A DNA stretch of 64,000 bases from Chlamydiota bacterium. GTDB taxonomy: Bacteria; Auribacterota; JACPWU01. A program made the position numbers and the translations under genes. Numbering within the stretch: the first letter of the stretch is position 1; each line of letters starts with the position of its first letter. The stretch covers positions 425 through 64,424 of the forward strand of contig JACOUC010000048.1 of the NCBI GenBank assembly GCA_016178055.1, written 5' to 3'. This document shows positions 16,157 to 24,813 of the stretch, one piece after another. The notes below the pieces were generated by a model. That model was not told where the DNA came from, did not search any database, and worked only from the letters and a program-made list of their open reading frames with translations.

Positions 16157-17528
16157 TAAAAAAGATACTCCCCTTTGCCAGTGTTTCCTCATACTCCTTT
16201 TCAGGATCGGAATCGGCTACGATTCCCCCTCCCACCTGAAATGAAATTTTATTCTGGCTCCGGATTAAGGTTCGAATCAGGATTGAAAGATCACTGACTC
16301 CATTGAATCCAATGGTACCGAAGATACCCGTATAAAGATTCCGTCGAGTGGGCTCAAGTTCCTCAATGATTTCCATCGCACGGATTTTAGGAGCGCCCGT
16401 AATAGAGCCACCTGGAAAAATAGCTCTGAGGCAATCAAAGGGGTCGACTTTTTGTTTTAAAATTCCTTGAACGGTTCCTACCAAATGGAAAACATTGGGG
16501 TGAGACTCGATGCGTTTTTGTTCTAAGACTTGAACGGAGCCATATTCACAAACCTTGCCCAAGTCATTTCTTTCTAGATCAATAATCATGAGGAGTTCAG
16601 CCGCATCCTTGCGGCTTTCAAGTAATTCTTGTTTAAGTTGAGAGTCCTCAAGAGGGGTCTTGCCTCGAGGTCGAGTTCCTTTAATGGGACGAGTTTCGAT
16701 TTGACGATTTTCTATCCTTAAAAATCGTTCAGGGGACAGGCTGACGAGATCAAGCTCTGGAGTATGAAAATAGGACGCAAAGGGAGCCGGCTGATTTGTA
16801 GCCAGGGTCTTGAATAAGGAAAAGGAATCTCCCGAAAAAGTGGCTGAGAATCTTTGAGAGAGATTGGCTTGGTAAATGTCCCCTTCAGCAATGTAGTTTT
16901 TAATCTTTTGAATGGTGTTGAGATAATTCTCTTTGGTGAAGTTTGAAACAAAGGGTTGAATTTCTAGTTCGTTTTGGTCCTCTGTCTTCTGTCTTCTGTC
17001 TTCTTCTGATAGCGCCTGCTTCAGCCATTGAATCTTATTCAGAGCTTGTTGAGAATTTTCTCCTGGAAGTGGAATAGCAATCAACATTCCTTTTTTTTTA
17101 AGGTGATCATAAAGATAAGCCCGATCATAAAAACCAACGCAGATATCGGGATAGTTTTGATCGTCTTTTGAAAACGAAGGAATTTTTTCGAGCATTCGGG
17201 CTAGATCATACCCAAAGTAACCGACCAGTCCTCCTTGAAAGAAGGGAATGTTTTGAAAAGGAAGGACATATTCTTTAAAAAGATTTTGAAGGATGGAAAG
17301 GGGATCCTGAGAAAAAATTTTTTCTATTTTTTGGTCAGAGTTTTCAATTTTGATATGAGGGCCTTTACTTTTAAAGGTTAAGAAAGGATCCCATCCCAAG
17401 AGGCAGTACCGCTCATGATGAAGAAAAAAGGCGTAAGGTTTTTTGCTCAGGGTTTGGAAAAGGTTGAATAAATCAATTTCGTTTAAGGGGTCAATGAAGG
17501 GGTTAAGCTCTGACATTTTAGTTTTCAT
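16107..17528 (-). CDS. pabB: Aminodeoxychorismate synthase component I (chorismate-binding enzyme)
   Basis: FPGGSITGAPKIRAMEII motif. Pairing with pabC favours PabB over TrpE. Start set at ATG 17528, beyond the neighbouring stop at 17548. Confidence 0.8.
   Translation of the reverse strand: MKTKMSELNPFIDPLNEIDLFNLFQTLSKKPYAFFLHHERYCLLGWDPFLTFKSKGPHIKIENSDQKIEKIFSQDPLSILQNLFKEYVLPFQNIPFFQGGLVGYFGYDLARMLEKIPSFSKDDQNYPDICVGFYDRAYLYDHLKKKGMLIAIPLPGENSQQALNKIQWLKQALSEEDRRQKTEDQNELEIQPFVSNFTKENYLNTIQKIKNYIAEGDIYQANLSQRFSATFSGDSFSLFKTLATNQPAPFASYFHTPELDLVSLSPERFLRIENRQIETRPIKGTRPRGKTPLEDSQLKQELLESRKDAAELLMIIDLERNDLGKVCEYGSVQVLEQKRIESHPNVFHLVGTVQGILKQKVDPFDCLRAIFPGGSITGAPKIRAMEIIEELEPTRRNLYTGIFGTIGFNGVSDLSILIRTLIRSQNKISFQVGGGIVADSDPEKEYEETLAKGSIFFNVSKSYLFQQPVFQGK
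16979..17006. repeat. In-frame heptamer array inside pabB
   Basis: cctctgt|cttctgt|cttctgt|cttcttc on the + strand. Encodes part of EEDRRQKTEDQ. Confidence 0.6.
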
Positions 17529-17547
17529 CTTTTGTGATGTTGTAATG

Positions 17548-19254
17548 TCAAATGTCAAGACTTGACCCCAGGTGCGTTTTCTCGAGAAGTTCAAGGATTT
17601 CTTTGCGTTTAATTTTGAGGGTGGTTGTTTTGGGGAGTTCATTCCAGATTTCAAAACCTCGGATTTTTTTGTAGTCGGCGAGTCGAAGATTCGCTCTTTT
17701 TACAGCCTCAGAAAGAGTTTCTTGAATAAGAGGAAGGTCAATCGACATTTTTTCGAGAGGGGTTCCCTCCGGATAAAAGGAAGTAAGCTTTGGAACGAGA
17801 AGGGCATAGACAACCTCATCTCCGGCAAACCCTTTCGAATCTTTCTTGAGGCCGACGATACAAGATTCTTGAATGGAAGAGGAGCGGTTGAGTTCTTCTT
17901 CCAATTCTTCAGGGTACACATTTTTCCCTCCCCGCGTGACGATAATATTCTTGAGTCGACCTGAAATATAGAGGTACCCTTTTGAATCAAAAAAGCCAAT
18001 GTCACCCGTATGGAACCAGCCGTCTTTCATAATTTCAGAGGTCGCCTCAGGATTTTTGTAATAACCTTTCATGATGTTGGGACCCCGTGCAATAATTTCT
18101 CCATTCATGATTTTGATCTCGACACCTGGGATGGGTCGGCCCACAGAGCCAATGGTGTTGTGGCTCGGGCTGTTCACGGTCAAGATAGGACTGGTTTCTG
18201 TGAGCCCATAGCCTTGATAGATCGGGATTCCAAGGATGAAAAATTCTTCGATGATTTTAGGGTCAATAGGGGCTCCTCCTGAAATGAAAAATCTAAGCCG
18301 ATGGCTCATTTTATCTCGGAGGGATTTAAAAAGGAGTCGACCCAAGGGAAAACCGGCCGAGAGGGAAATTTTGGAAAGTTTTTTTAAAATCTTAAAAATA
18401 ATTTTTTTCTTTTGAGGAAGTATTTCAATTTTTGAAATCATTTGGTGATACATCAATTGAATCAGGGCTGGAACAGCAACTAGTAGGGTTCCTCTGTTTT
18501 CATGCATTCTTTCTAAAAGAATAGGACCTTTTAAATTCTCAACATAGGTGATGGTTCCCCCGGTATAAAGGGGAATCAGAAAATCGGCTGTGATGGCATA
18601 GGTATGGCAAAGGGGTAGAACAGAGATAAAGTGATCATTAGATGAGAAAGGAAAAACGGATGAAACAGATTTGACATTAGAGATGAGATTCCCGTGGCTG
18701 AGCATGACCCCTTTAGGAGATCCAGTCGTGCCAGAAGTATAAAGAATAATGGCAAGATCCTCAGATGTTATTTTTTCAAAAGGAATGGATTGATTTTTAC
18801 CTTCTTTGACAAGTTGATCTAGGGAAAGCCATTTCCCTTTAGAGTCTTTCCCATCTAAAATGATGATGTTGGGATGAATGGGACTTCGCTCAGAAATGGA
18901 TGAGACCGTATCAAGGAATTTGAGAGAACTGAAAATGAATTTACATTCAGCATGGTCGATGATGTTTTGAATGGAGTGGTCCTTCAGTTTGTTGTCGATC
19001 GGGACAACGACCCCTCCACATAAAAGAATGCTGAAAAATGCCATTCCCCAATAGGGAGAGTTTTCCGTGATGATCCCGATACGGTCCCCATGGATTACTT
19101 TAAGTTTTTTTAAAGCCGTGGCAACTTGAAAGGCTTTTTCATAGAGATCATGGTAAGTGACGCTAAAATAAGTTTTTCCCTCCTTAATTTGGAGAGCGAT
19201 TCGTGCACCAAAGGACGAATTGGCCGTTTGAATAAGGTGTGTGAGTGTATCCAT
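17548..19254 (-). CDS. Long-chain acyl-CoA synthetase (AMP-forming)
   Basis: AMP-binding motif ILYTSGTTGSPKGVMLSH, plus GYGLTE and GWFHTGD. Confidence 0.8.
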   Translation of the reverse strand: MDTLTHLIQTANSSFGARIALQIKEGKTYFSVTYHDLYEKAFQVATALKKLKVIHGDRIGIITENSPYWGMAFFSILLCGGVVVPIDNKLKDHSIQNIIDHAECKFIFSSLKFLDTVSSISERSPIHPNIIILDGKDSKGKWLSLDQLVKEGKNQSIPFEKITSEDLAIILYTSGTTGSPKGVMLSHGNLISNVKSVSSVFPFSSNDHFISVLPLCHTYAITADFLIPLYTGGTITYVENLKGPILLERMHENRGTLLVAVPALIQLMYHQMISKIEILPQKKKIIFKILKKLSKISLSAGFPLGRLLFKSLRDKMSHRLRFFISGGAPIDPKIIEEFFILGIPIYQGYGLTETSPILTVNSPSHNTIGSVGRPIPGVEIKIMNGEIIARGPNIMKGYYKNPEATSEIMKDGWFHTGDIGFFDSKGYLYISGRLKNIIVTRGGKNVYPEELEEELNRSSSIQESCIVGLKKDSKGFAGDEVVYALLVPKLTSFYPEGTPLEKMSIDLPLIQETLSEAVKRANLRLADYKKIRGFEIWNELPKTTTLKIKRKEILELLEKTHLGSSLDI

Positions 19255-19441
19255 TTTTGTAATGACCTTTGAGAGTAGAAATATATCTTTTTTTCAGCTA
19301 GAATCATAGGAAAATCGATTTTGGAGATTCGGACTTTCTTTTGTTGAATTCAAAGGGCTTGGTGGTAGAATGAATTCATTTTACCCGTTTAGGAAGTTTG
19401 CATATATCCTTGTCTAAAGGGCTATTTTTGCGGATGGTCTT

Positions 19442-20665
19442 ATGCCTTTGGTTTTGACTTTGATTTTCCTTTTGGTGGGTTACGGTATTTCGGAATATTT
19501 CTTCCATTTTAGAAATCGAAATTCTATCCCTCTCAGAATCCATGTGAATGGCACCCGTGGAAAATCCAGTGTAACCCGTTTGATTACAGCGGGATTGAGA
19601 GAGGGGGGCTTTAAGGTATTGGCCAAGACGACGGGGACAGAACCTAGAGTAATTTTTGAAGATGGTTCTGAAACTCAAATTTATAGGCCAGGGTCGGCCA
19701 ATATTATTGAGCAGGTCAAATTTTTCTCAAGGGCTCGTTCCAGAGGCGCCAAGGCCGTGGTTGTGGAATGCATGGCCTTACAGCCTGTTCTTCAGTGGTT
19801 GACGGAAGATCGGATGGTTTGTGCTCAAATAGGCGTGATTACAAATGTTCGACCGGATCATATGGATGTGATGGGTGAAACGTTAGAGGATGTTGCCAGG
19901 GCCCTTTCGAATACGATTCCACTCAAAGGAAAACTTTTTACTGCAGAAAGCAATTCTAAAATTTTGAAGCAATTGGAAGATGAGTGCCAAACCCGTAGCA
20001 CAGAAATTGTGACCTGTGGGGAAGAAGAAGTTTCATGGGATGCGATGCGGGGTTTTAGCTATATTGAACATCGTGAAAATGTAGCGCTTGCTTTAAAGGT
20101 GTGTCAGTCTTGTGGCGTGGAGAGTAAAAAGGCTTTTTCAGGAATGGTGAAGGCTATTCCCGATCCAGGGGTCTTAAGGGTTTATCAGATTCATTTCTTC
20201 GACAAAGATATTCAGTTTGTAAATGCCTTTGCAGCCAACGATCCTGATTCTACGCTGCTGATTTGGAAACTCATGGGCGAGAGAATGGAGCCCGATCGTA
20301 AAAAAATTGTGATGGTGAATGCCCGTGCAGATCGAATTCAGAGAAGTGAGCAGATGGGAATTTTAATTGCTCAAGCATTAAAGGCAGATGCCTATCTTTT
20401 GGTAGGGGATTACACCAAGGCGATAGAAGATGAAGCGATTCGGTTGGGATTAGACGGAGATAAGATTGAAAATTTAGGGGGGCAATCCGTTTCGGATATT
20501 TTCGAGCAAGTTTTACATCATACCCCTTTAAAATCAATGGTTTTTGCGATCGGAAATATTGGGGGGCTGGGTCAACAAATTGTAGATTTTTTTAAACATC
20601 GAGGGGCATCGGATGATCGAACAGTCAATCGGCTTGGGACTGGTATTGAGCCTTATATTTTCTGA
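19442..20665 (+). CDS. pgsB: Poly-gamma-glutamate synthase PgsB/CapB
   Basis: N-terminal TM, Mur-ligase P-loop VNGTRGKSSVTRL. Followed by pgsC. Confidence 0.85.
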   Translation: MPLVLTLIFLLVGYGISEYFFHFRNRNSIPLRIHVNGTRGKSSVTRLITAGLREGGFKVLAKTTGTEPRVIFEDGSETQIYRPGSANIIEQVKFFSRARSRGAKAVVVECMALQPVLQWLTEDRMVCAQIGVITNVRPDHMDVMGETLEDVARALSNTIPLKGKLFTAESNSKILKQLEDECQTRSTEIVTCGEEEVSWDAMRGFSYIEHRENVALALKVCQSCGVESKKAFSGMVKAIPDPGVLRVYQIHFFDKDIQFVNAFAANDPDSTLLIWKLMGERMEPDRKKIVMVNARADRIQRSEQMGILIAQALKADAYLLVGDYTKAIEDEAIRLGLDGDKIENLGGQSVSDIFEQVLHHTPLKSMVFAIGNIGGLGQQIVDFFKHRGASDDRTVNRLGTGIEPYIF

Positions 20666-21056
20666 AATTTTTGGACTGGCAGCTGGAGGAATGGTGGTTC
20701 CTGGCTATTTGGCTTTGACCCTTCACCGGCCTGAGAAAGTCATCGCAACGATTTTAATCAGTCTTGCAACCTATGGTCTGGTTAAGTTTTTGTCGAATTT
20801 CATGTTTATCTATGGACGAAGACGAACGGTACTCACCATTTTAGTTTCGTTTGTTTTTGGGGCGATCAGCCGATCATTTTTTACATGGCATTTGGATGGA
20901 TTTCACATAGAAATTCATGCCATTGGGTTTGTTATTCCGGGGTTGATTGCCATTTGGATGGAACGTCAAGGCGTTACGGCGACTCTTTCTACAATGATTA
21001 CGGTGAGTGTTTTGGTTCGACTTGTTCTCATGATTGTTTCAGGAGGCAAGGTCTAA
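20613..21056 (+). CDS. pgsC: Poly-gamma-glutamate synthase PgsC/CapC
   Basis: Small polytopic protein. LIFSEIFGLAAGGMVVPGYLAL parallels B. subtilis CapC LIFAERTGIVPAGLVVPGYLAL. Confidence 0.85.
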   Translation: MIEQSIGLGLVLSLIFSEIFGLAAGGMVVPGYLALTLHRPEKVIATILISLATYGLVKFLSNFMFIYGRRRTVLTILVSFVFGAISRSFFTWHLDGFHIEIHAIGFVIPGLIAIWMERQGVTATLSTMITVSVLVRLVLMIVSGGKV

Positions 21057-22168
21057 TGCAAACGACACATCGGGTTTCTAAAATAACCCTGATCGGGCTC
21101 TCTATCATTTCGATCTTCCTTTTTTTACTGGCGTATCACTCCCATGAATTAGTTCGTCAGCCTTGGCATGCTGAGAAATTAAAAGCAGCTCGGTTAAACC
21201 TTGTGGCTCAGAATGCAATTAAGACAAGGGCTGTTGAAAAGGGATTGGTGATTGATGCGGTGAATGACCCCAATTTGACGGGCCTCATTGGCCAAGAGTA
21301 TACAGATATTACGACCGATCGTGGAGTTTTAAAGGCGAAGCTTACAGCGACCAATCCTAATTTTGCGGCGGTCGTTGTGGATATGTTGAAACAGGCGGGG
21401 CTCAATAAGGGAGATGTTGTTGCGGTTGGATTTACGGGATCGATGCCGGCCATGAACGTTGCTGTTTTGGCTGCTCTTGAAGCTTTAGATCTAAAGCCCA
21501 TGATGATTGCCTCGGTGGGAGCCTCAACGTGGGGGGCCACTAACCCGGATTTTAACTGGCTGGATATAGAGTCTTATCTTTTCGAAAAAAAGATTTTTCA
21601 TTTTCAATCGATTGCAGCTTCCATCGGAGGGGGTAGGGACGAGGGGCGAGGCTTAAGTTCCTTGGCGCGTCAACTCATTGAAGATTCTATTCGACGCTCA
21701 GGCGTTATTTTGATTCATGAAAACAGTTTGGAAGAATCCATTCAAAAAAGATTAGAGCTTTATGATCACTATGCTAAAACGAGGTCCATTAAGGCTTATA
21801 TCAACGTTGGAGGAGGCCTGGCCAGTTTAGGGGCTGCGATCAATGGTCGTTTGATTCCACCCGGTTTGTCAAAAAATTTGGCCATGAAAAATTTGCCTGT
21901 CAAGGGAGTTGTTGTCGAGATGGCTGAACGAGGAATTCCGGTGATTCATCTTCTCAATATTGAAAGGCTTGCAAGGGCCTATGGTCTCCCCATTGCTCCT
22001 CAGCCTCTTCCTGAAATTGGAGAGGGAAGGGTTTTCTTTGAAGAAAGGCATCATGTGATGATTGCTGTTTTGTGTACTTTGATTTTAATTGGATCCATCA
22101 CTGTTTTTGTTCGGCTGGATTTATTTCATCGACTTTTTATTCGCAGGGTCACTCGACCCGCTCTTTAA
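21056..22168 (+). CDS. Poly-gamma-glutamate system protein (non-PgsA third component)
   Basis: TAATG overlap with the pgsC stop. N- and C-terminal TM helices around a soluble domain. Unlike the PgsA/CapA metallophosphatase fold. I recall a TIGRFAM 'poly-gamma-glutamate system protein' for this position. Confidence 0.6.
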   Translation: MQTTHRVSKITLIGLSIISIFLFLLAYHSHELVRQPWHAEKLKAARLNLVAQNAIKTRAVEKGLVIDAVNDPNLTGLIGQEYTDITTDRGVLKAKLTATNPNFAAVVVDMLKQAGLNKGDVVAVGFTGSMPAMNVAVLAALEALDLKPMMIASVGASTWGATNPDFNWLDIESYLFEKKIFHFQSIAASIGGGRDEGRGLSSLARQLIEDSIRRSGVILIHENSLEESIQKRLELYDHYAKTRSIKAYINVGGGLASLGAAINGRLIPPGLSKNLAMKNLPVKGVVVEMAERGIPVIHLLNIERLARAYGLPIAPQPLPEIGEGRVFFEERHHVMIAVLCTLILIGSITVFVRLDLFHRLFIRRVTRPAL

Positions 22169-22190
22169 TTTTTTTGGAGTTTGATCAAAC

Positions 22191-23123
22191 ATGGAAATAT
22201 TCAATAAGATGTTTTTGGCCATTGGTTTTTTGATTTTTTTTAATGTGAATGTTTTGGATGCTAAAAGCCTTGCATGGGAAGAATATCCCCTTGTTCAGTA
22301 CCATGAGAAAATAGAGGTCAATATTAAGAAGAATTTAGTGACCTATTATTCTGTCAGTCATGAGAATCCCTTAGAACTCAAAATAAAAGGGCCCCGCCGT
22401 CTTTTTGTACAGTTGAGAAATTCTTTTTCCTCTGGAAATGAATCAGAGATTGCTTATCGTATTGATACCCTTCAGGATGAACGGAACTTTGATGAATTTA
22501 TTTTTCAATCCTCCTCGAGCTCTTCTCTTTTTTTTAAAAGCATCGAAGGGAAGGAGCGTTTTTTAGGACGGCTTCGTAAATTGGTAATTAATATTCCAGA
22601 AGGGGTTCACCATTTCAAATTTTTTCTTCCTGAAGGAGAAAGTCAGGAAAGACTTTTCTTGAGGTTCTTCCTTTCTGAACCTATTTCTGGAAAGGCCCAT
22701 CGCACTTTGATGAGTCCTGATCAGTATGACAAGGTCGTCGATTTAGTTTATAAAGAAAAAGAATTCACGTATTATCGGTTTAGCCCAGAAAAGCCTCTTC
22801 AAATTTCTGTGACGGGCTCAACGGAATTAAAGGTGATTAGCCGTTTAGAATTTCATCAGAGGATGAAAGGAAAGTTTTCTTATCAAATTCAAGTTTTCGA
22901 AGACGAAAAATTAATTCAAACCCGGCAGTATCGAACCTATAAATCAGATGTTGCTTCCTATCGGGAAGTAACCCATATGACTCCTGGGAGGTCACGCTCT
23001 TTTTTTATTTCTGTTTCAAAAGGTAAACATATTTATCGCTTAGTTCCAGTTGTTTTGAGTAGTGAAACAGTGATTGCGAAGGTTTTGATTCCAAAAAAAG
23101 ATGTAGGGATTAAGAGAGAATAG
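22191..23123 (+). CDS. Hypothetical secreted protein with internal duplication
   Basis: Signal peptide. Two related modules (YYSVSHENPLELKIKGPRRLFVQLR and YYRFSPEKPLQISVTGSTELKVISRLEF). Confidence 0.6.
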   Translation: MEIFNKMFLAIGFLIFFNVNVLDAKSLAWEEYPLVQYHEKIEVNIKKNLVTYYSVSHENPLELKIKGPRRLFVQLRNSFSSGNESEIAYRIDTLQDERNFDEFIFQSSSSSSLFFKSIEGKERFLGRLRKLVINIPEGVHHFKFFLPEGESQERLFLRFFLSEPISGKAHRTLMSPDQYDKVVDLVYKEKEFTYYRFSPEKPLQISVTGSTELKVISRLEFHQRMKGKFSYQIQVFEDEKLIQTRQYRTYKSDVASYREVTHMTPGRSRSFFISVSKGKHIYRLVPVVLSSETVIAKVLIPKKDVGIKRE

Positions 23124-23145
23124 ATTTTGTTTTTGTCGCCTGGCG

Positions 23146-23194
23146 CTCAAGGTTAAACGTTGAACATTTAACCTTGAACTTTGAACAATGTTCT
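23146..23194. repeat. Heptamer-periodic hairpin element, GTTYAAA flavour (K1)
   Basis: ctcaagg|ttaaacg|ttgaaca|tttaacc|ttgaact|ttgaaca. Perfect 10-bp stem caaggttaaa/tttaaccttg. Confidence 0.7.
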
Positions 23195-23214
23195 TATTTT
23201 GTAGGGGGGACGAT

Positions 23215-23676
23215 ATGAGATTCCGAGATTTTCTAAAACTGGAGGGAATTAAGATTCATTTGAAGGCAATCGACAAAAAAGAAGTGATTGAAAAATTGGT
23301 GGATACTCTGGTCGAGACTTATCATTTAAATAATCGTCAAGAGGTCTTGACTTCTGTTCTTGAGCGGGAAGCGCTGATGAGTACGGGGGTCGGTAAGGGG
23401 GTGGCTATTCCCCATGGAAAAGTGGATTCTGTTCAGGAGGTGATTGGAAGTATGGTCATTTTGGATTCGGGGGTTGATTTTGAAGCCCCTGATGGTGCCC
23501 CTGTCGAAATGGCGATACTCCTTGTAGCGTCTGCCAAGGAAACGGGTCCCCACATTCGTGCCCTGGCCCATATTTCAAGGGTTCTTCAAGATGAAAAAGT
23601 TCGCCAAGGTCTGGTCAGTTCCCTTCAACCCAAAGAAGTTTTTGAAATTTTGGAACGCAAGGAAAAAGAACTGTAA
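23215..23676 (+). CDS. ptsN: PTS EIIA-Ntr type nitrogen regulatory protein
   Basis: EIIA type-2 fold with active-site GKGVAIPHGK. Confidence 0.75.
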   Translation: MRFRDFLKLEGIKIHLKAIDKKEVIEKLVDTLVETYHLNNRQEVLTSVLEREALMSTGVGKGVAIPHGKVDSVQEVIGSMVILDSGVDFEAPDGAPVEMAILLVASAKETGPHIRALAHISRVLQDEKVRQGLVSSLQPKEVFEILERKEKEL

Positions 23677-23721
23677 AACAAGTTTGGATTATTTGATAAA
23701 ATAGGGCGAAAAGCAAAGGAT

Positions 23722-24210
23722 ATGAAAATGAAAAAAAGCATGGTTTTTGTTCTTATTCTTTTAGGGATTTTATTTCCCCTCAATATTTTTTCTGAAGGAC
23801 GGAAGGCCCCTGATTTTACCTTGACGGATTTAGAGGGTAAAACGTTTAAACTTTCTGATTTAGCAGGAAAAATCGTTGTTCTCGATTTTTGGGCTACGTG
23901 GTGTCCTCCTTGCCAAGATGAAATTCCTCATTTTGTAGAGTTAAAAAATCAATATGGCTCTAAAGGTCTTGAAATTGTGGGGATTGCCTTGGATCGTCAA
24001 GGGGTACGGGTGGTCAAACCCTTTGTTGAAAGATTTAAAGTGAATTATACCATTTTAATAGGGGATTATGATCAAGTGATCAACGACTACGGGGGTGTGG
24101 TGGGCATTCCAACAACTTTTTTGATCAATCGAGAAGGCCATATTGTGAAACAGTTTGTGGGGTATATTGAAAAAGAAGAATTTGAGGAGGAAGTTAAGAA
24201 ACTGCTATGA
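23722..24210 (+). CDS. TlpA/ResA-like periplasmic thiol:disulfide oxidoreductase
   Basis: Signal peptide and the WATWCPPC thioredoxin motif. Confidence 0.8.
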   Translation: MKMKKSMVFVLILLGILFPLNIFSEGRKAPDFTLTDLEGKTFKLSDLAGKIVVLDFWATWCPPCQDEIPHFVELKNQYGSKGLEIVGIALDRQGVRVVKPFVERFKVNYTILIGDYDQVINDYGGVVGIPTTFLINREGHIVKQFVGYIEKEEFEEEVKKLL

Positions 24211-24222
24211 TGGAATATTGAC

Positions 24223-24483
24223 ATGCCTGAAATTTGTAGATTTTTCGGAATCATTGTTAGAATGTTTTATAATGAACACGATCCCCCTCATTTTCATGTT
24301 GAATATCAGGGAAATAAGGCGGTCTTTGATTTTCTGGGTAATTTAATTAAAGGAAACTTAAAATCTCGTACGGCTGTAAAACTTGTAAGAGAATGGATAG
24401 ATTTACGCAATCAGGAATTACAAGTGGACTGGAATTTGGCGAAAAAGGGAAAACCCTTGAATAAAATTGCACCCCTTGATTAA
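24223..24483 (+). CDS. DUF4160 domain protein
   Basis: MPEICRFFGIIVRMFYNEHDPPHFHV is the typical DUF4160 N-terminus. Confidence 0.75.
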   Translation: MPEICRFFGIIVRMFYNEHDPPHFHVEYQGNKAVFDFLGNLIKGNLKSRTAVKLVREWIDLRNQELQVDWNLAKKGKPLNKIAPLD

Positions 24484-24495
24484 CTTGGAGTTTTT

Positions 24496-24747
24496 GTGTG
24501 GAATCTAAATGATGTAATCCTGATCAAATATAAAAAAGATTATATCTATTTTGTCGAATTTGATGATGGGAAAAAAGGGGAGATTAATTTTCAAAATATT
24601 GATCGCTGGGGCCCTATTTTTAAACCTCTCAAGGACAAAAATGTATTTAAAACTGCAAGAATCCAGGGCGGTACTTTGTCTTGGCCTAATGGAGCAGACA
24701 TTGCTCCCGAGACTCTCTATGAAAGATTAGATGTTTCCTTCAAATAA
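24496..24747 (+). CDS. DUF2442 domain protein
   Basis: About 83 aa, GTG start. Pattern ...FDDG..G.I.F......LSWPNGADIAPE.LY. It is the usual partner of DUF4160. Confidence 0.7.
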   Translation: MWNLNDVILIKYKKDYIYFVEFDDGKKGEINFQNIDRWGPIFKPLKDKNVFKTARIQGGTLSWPNGADIAPETLYERLDVSFK

Positions 24748-24813
24748 GGTGATAGCAGATTGTATGATATGTGAATTTCGTCTGCATTTCTATTCGTAAA
24801 GTCCAGAGGAATT

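Noticed and set aside
17572-18282. Plus-strand ORFs 17572-17964 and 18010-18282
   Set aside because: They are antisense to the well-supported acyl-CoA synthetase gene, with no RBS and low-complexity products.
20885-21055. N-terminal 57-aa extension of the third pgs gene in the ORF track
   Set aside because: It overlaps pgsC out of frame and is Cys/His-rich nonsense. ATG 21056 (the TAATG junction) is the natural start.
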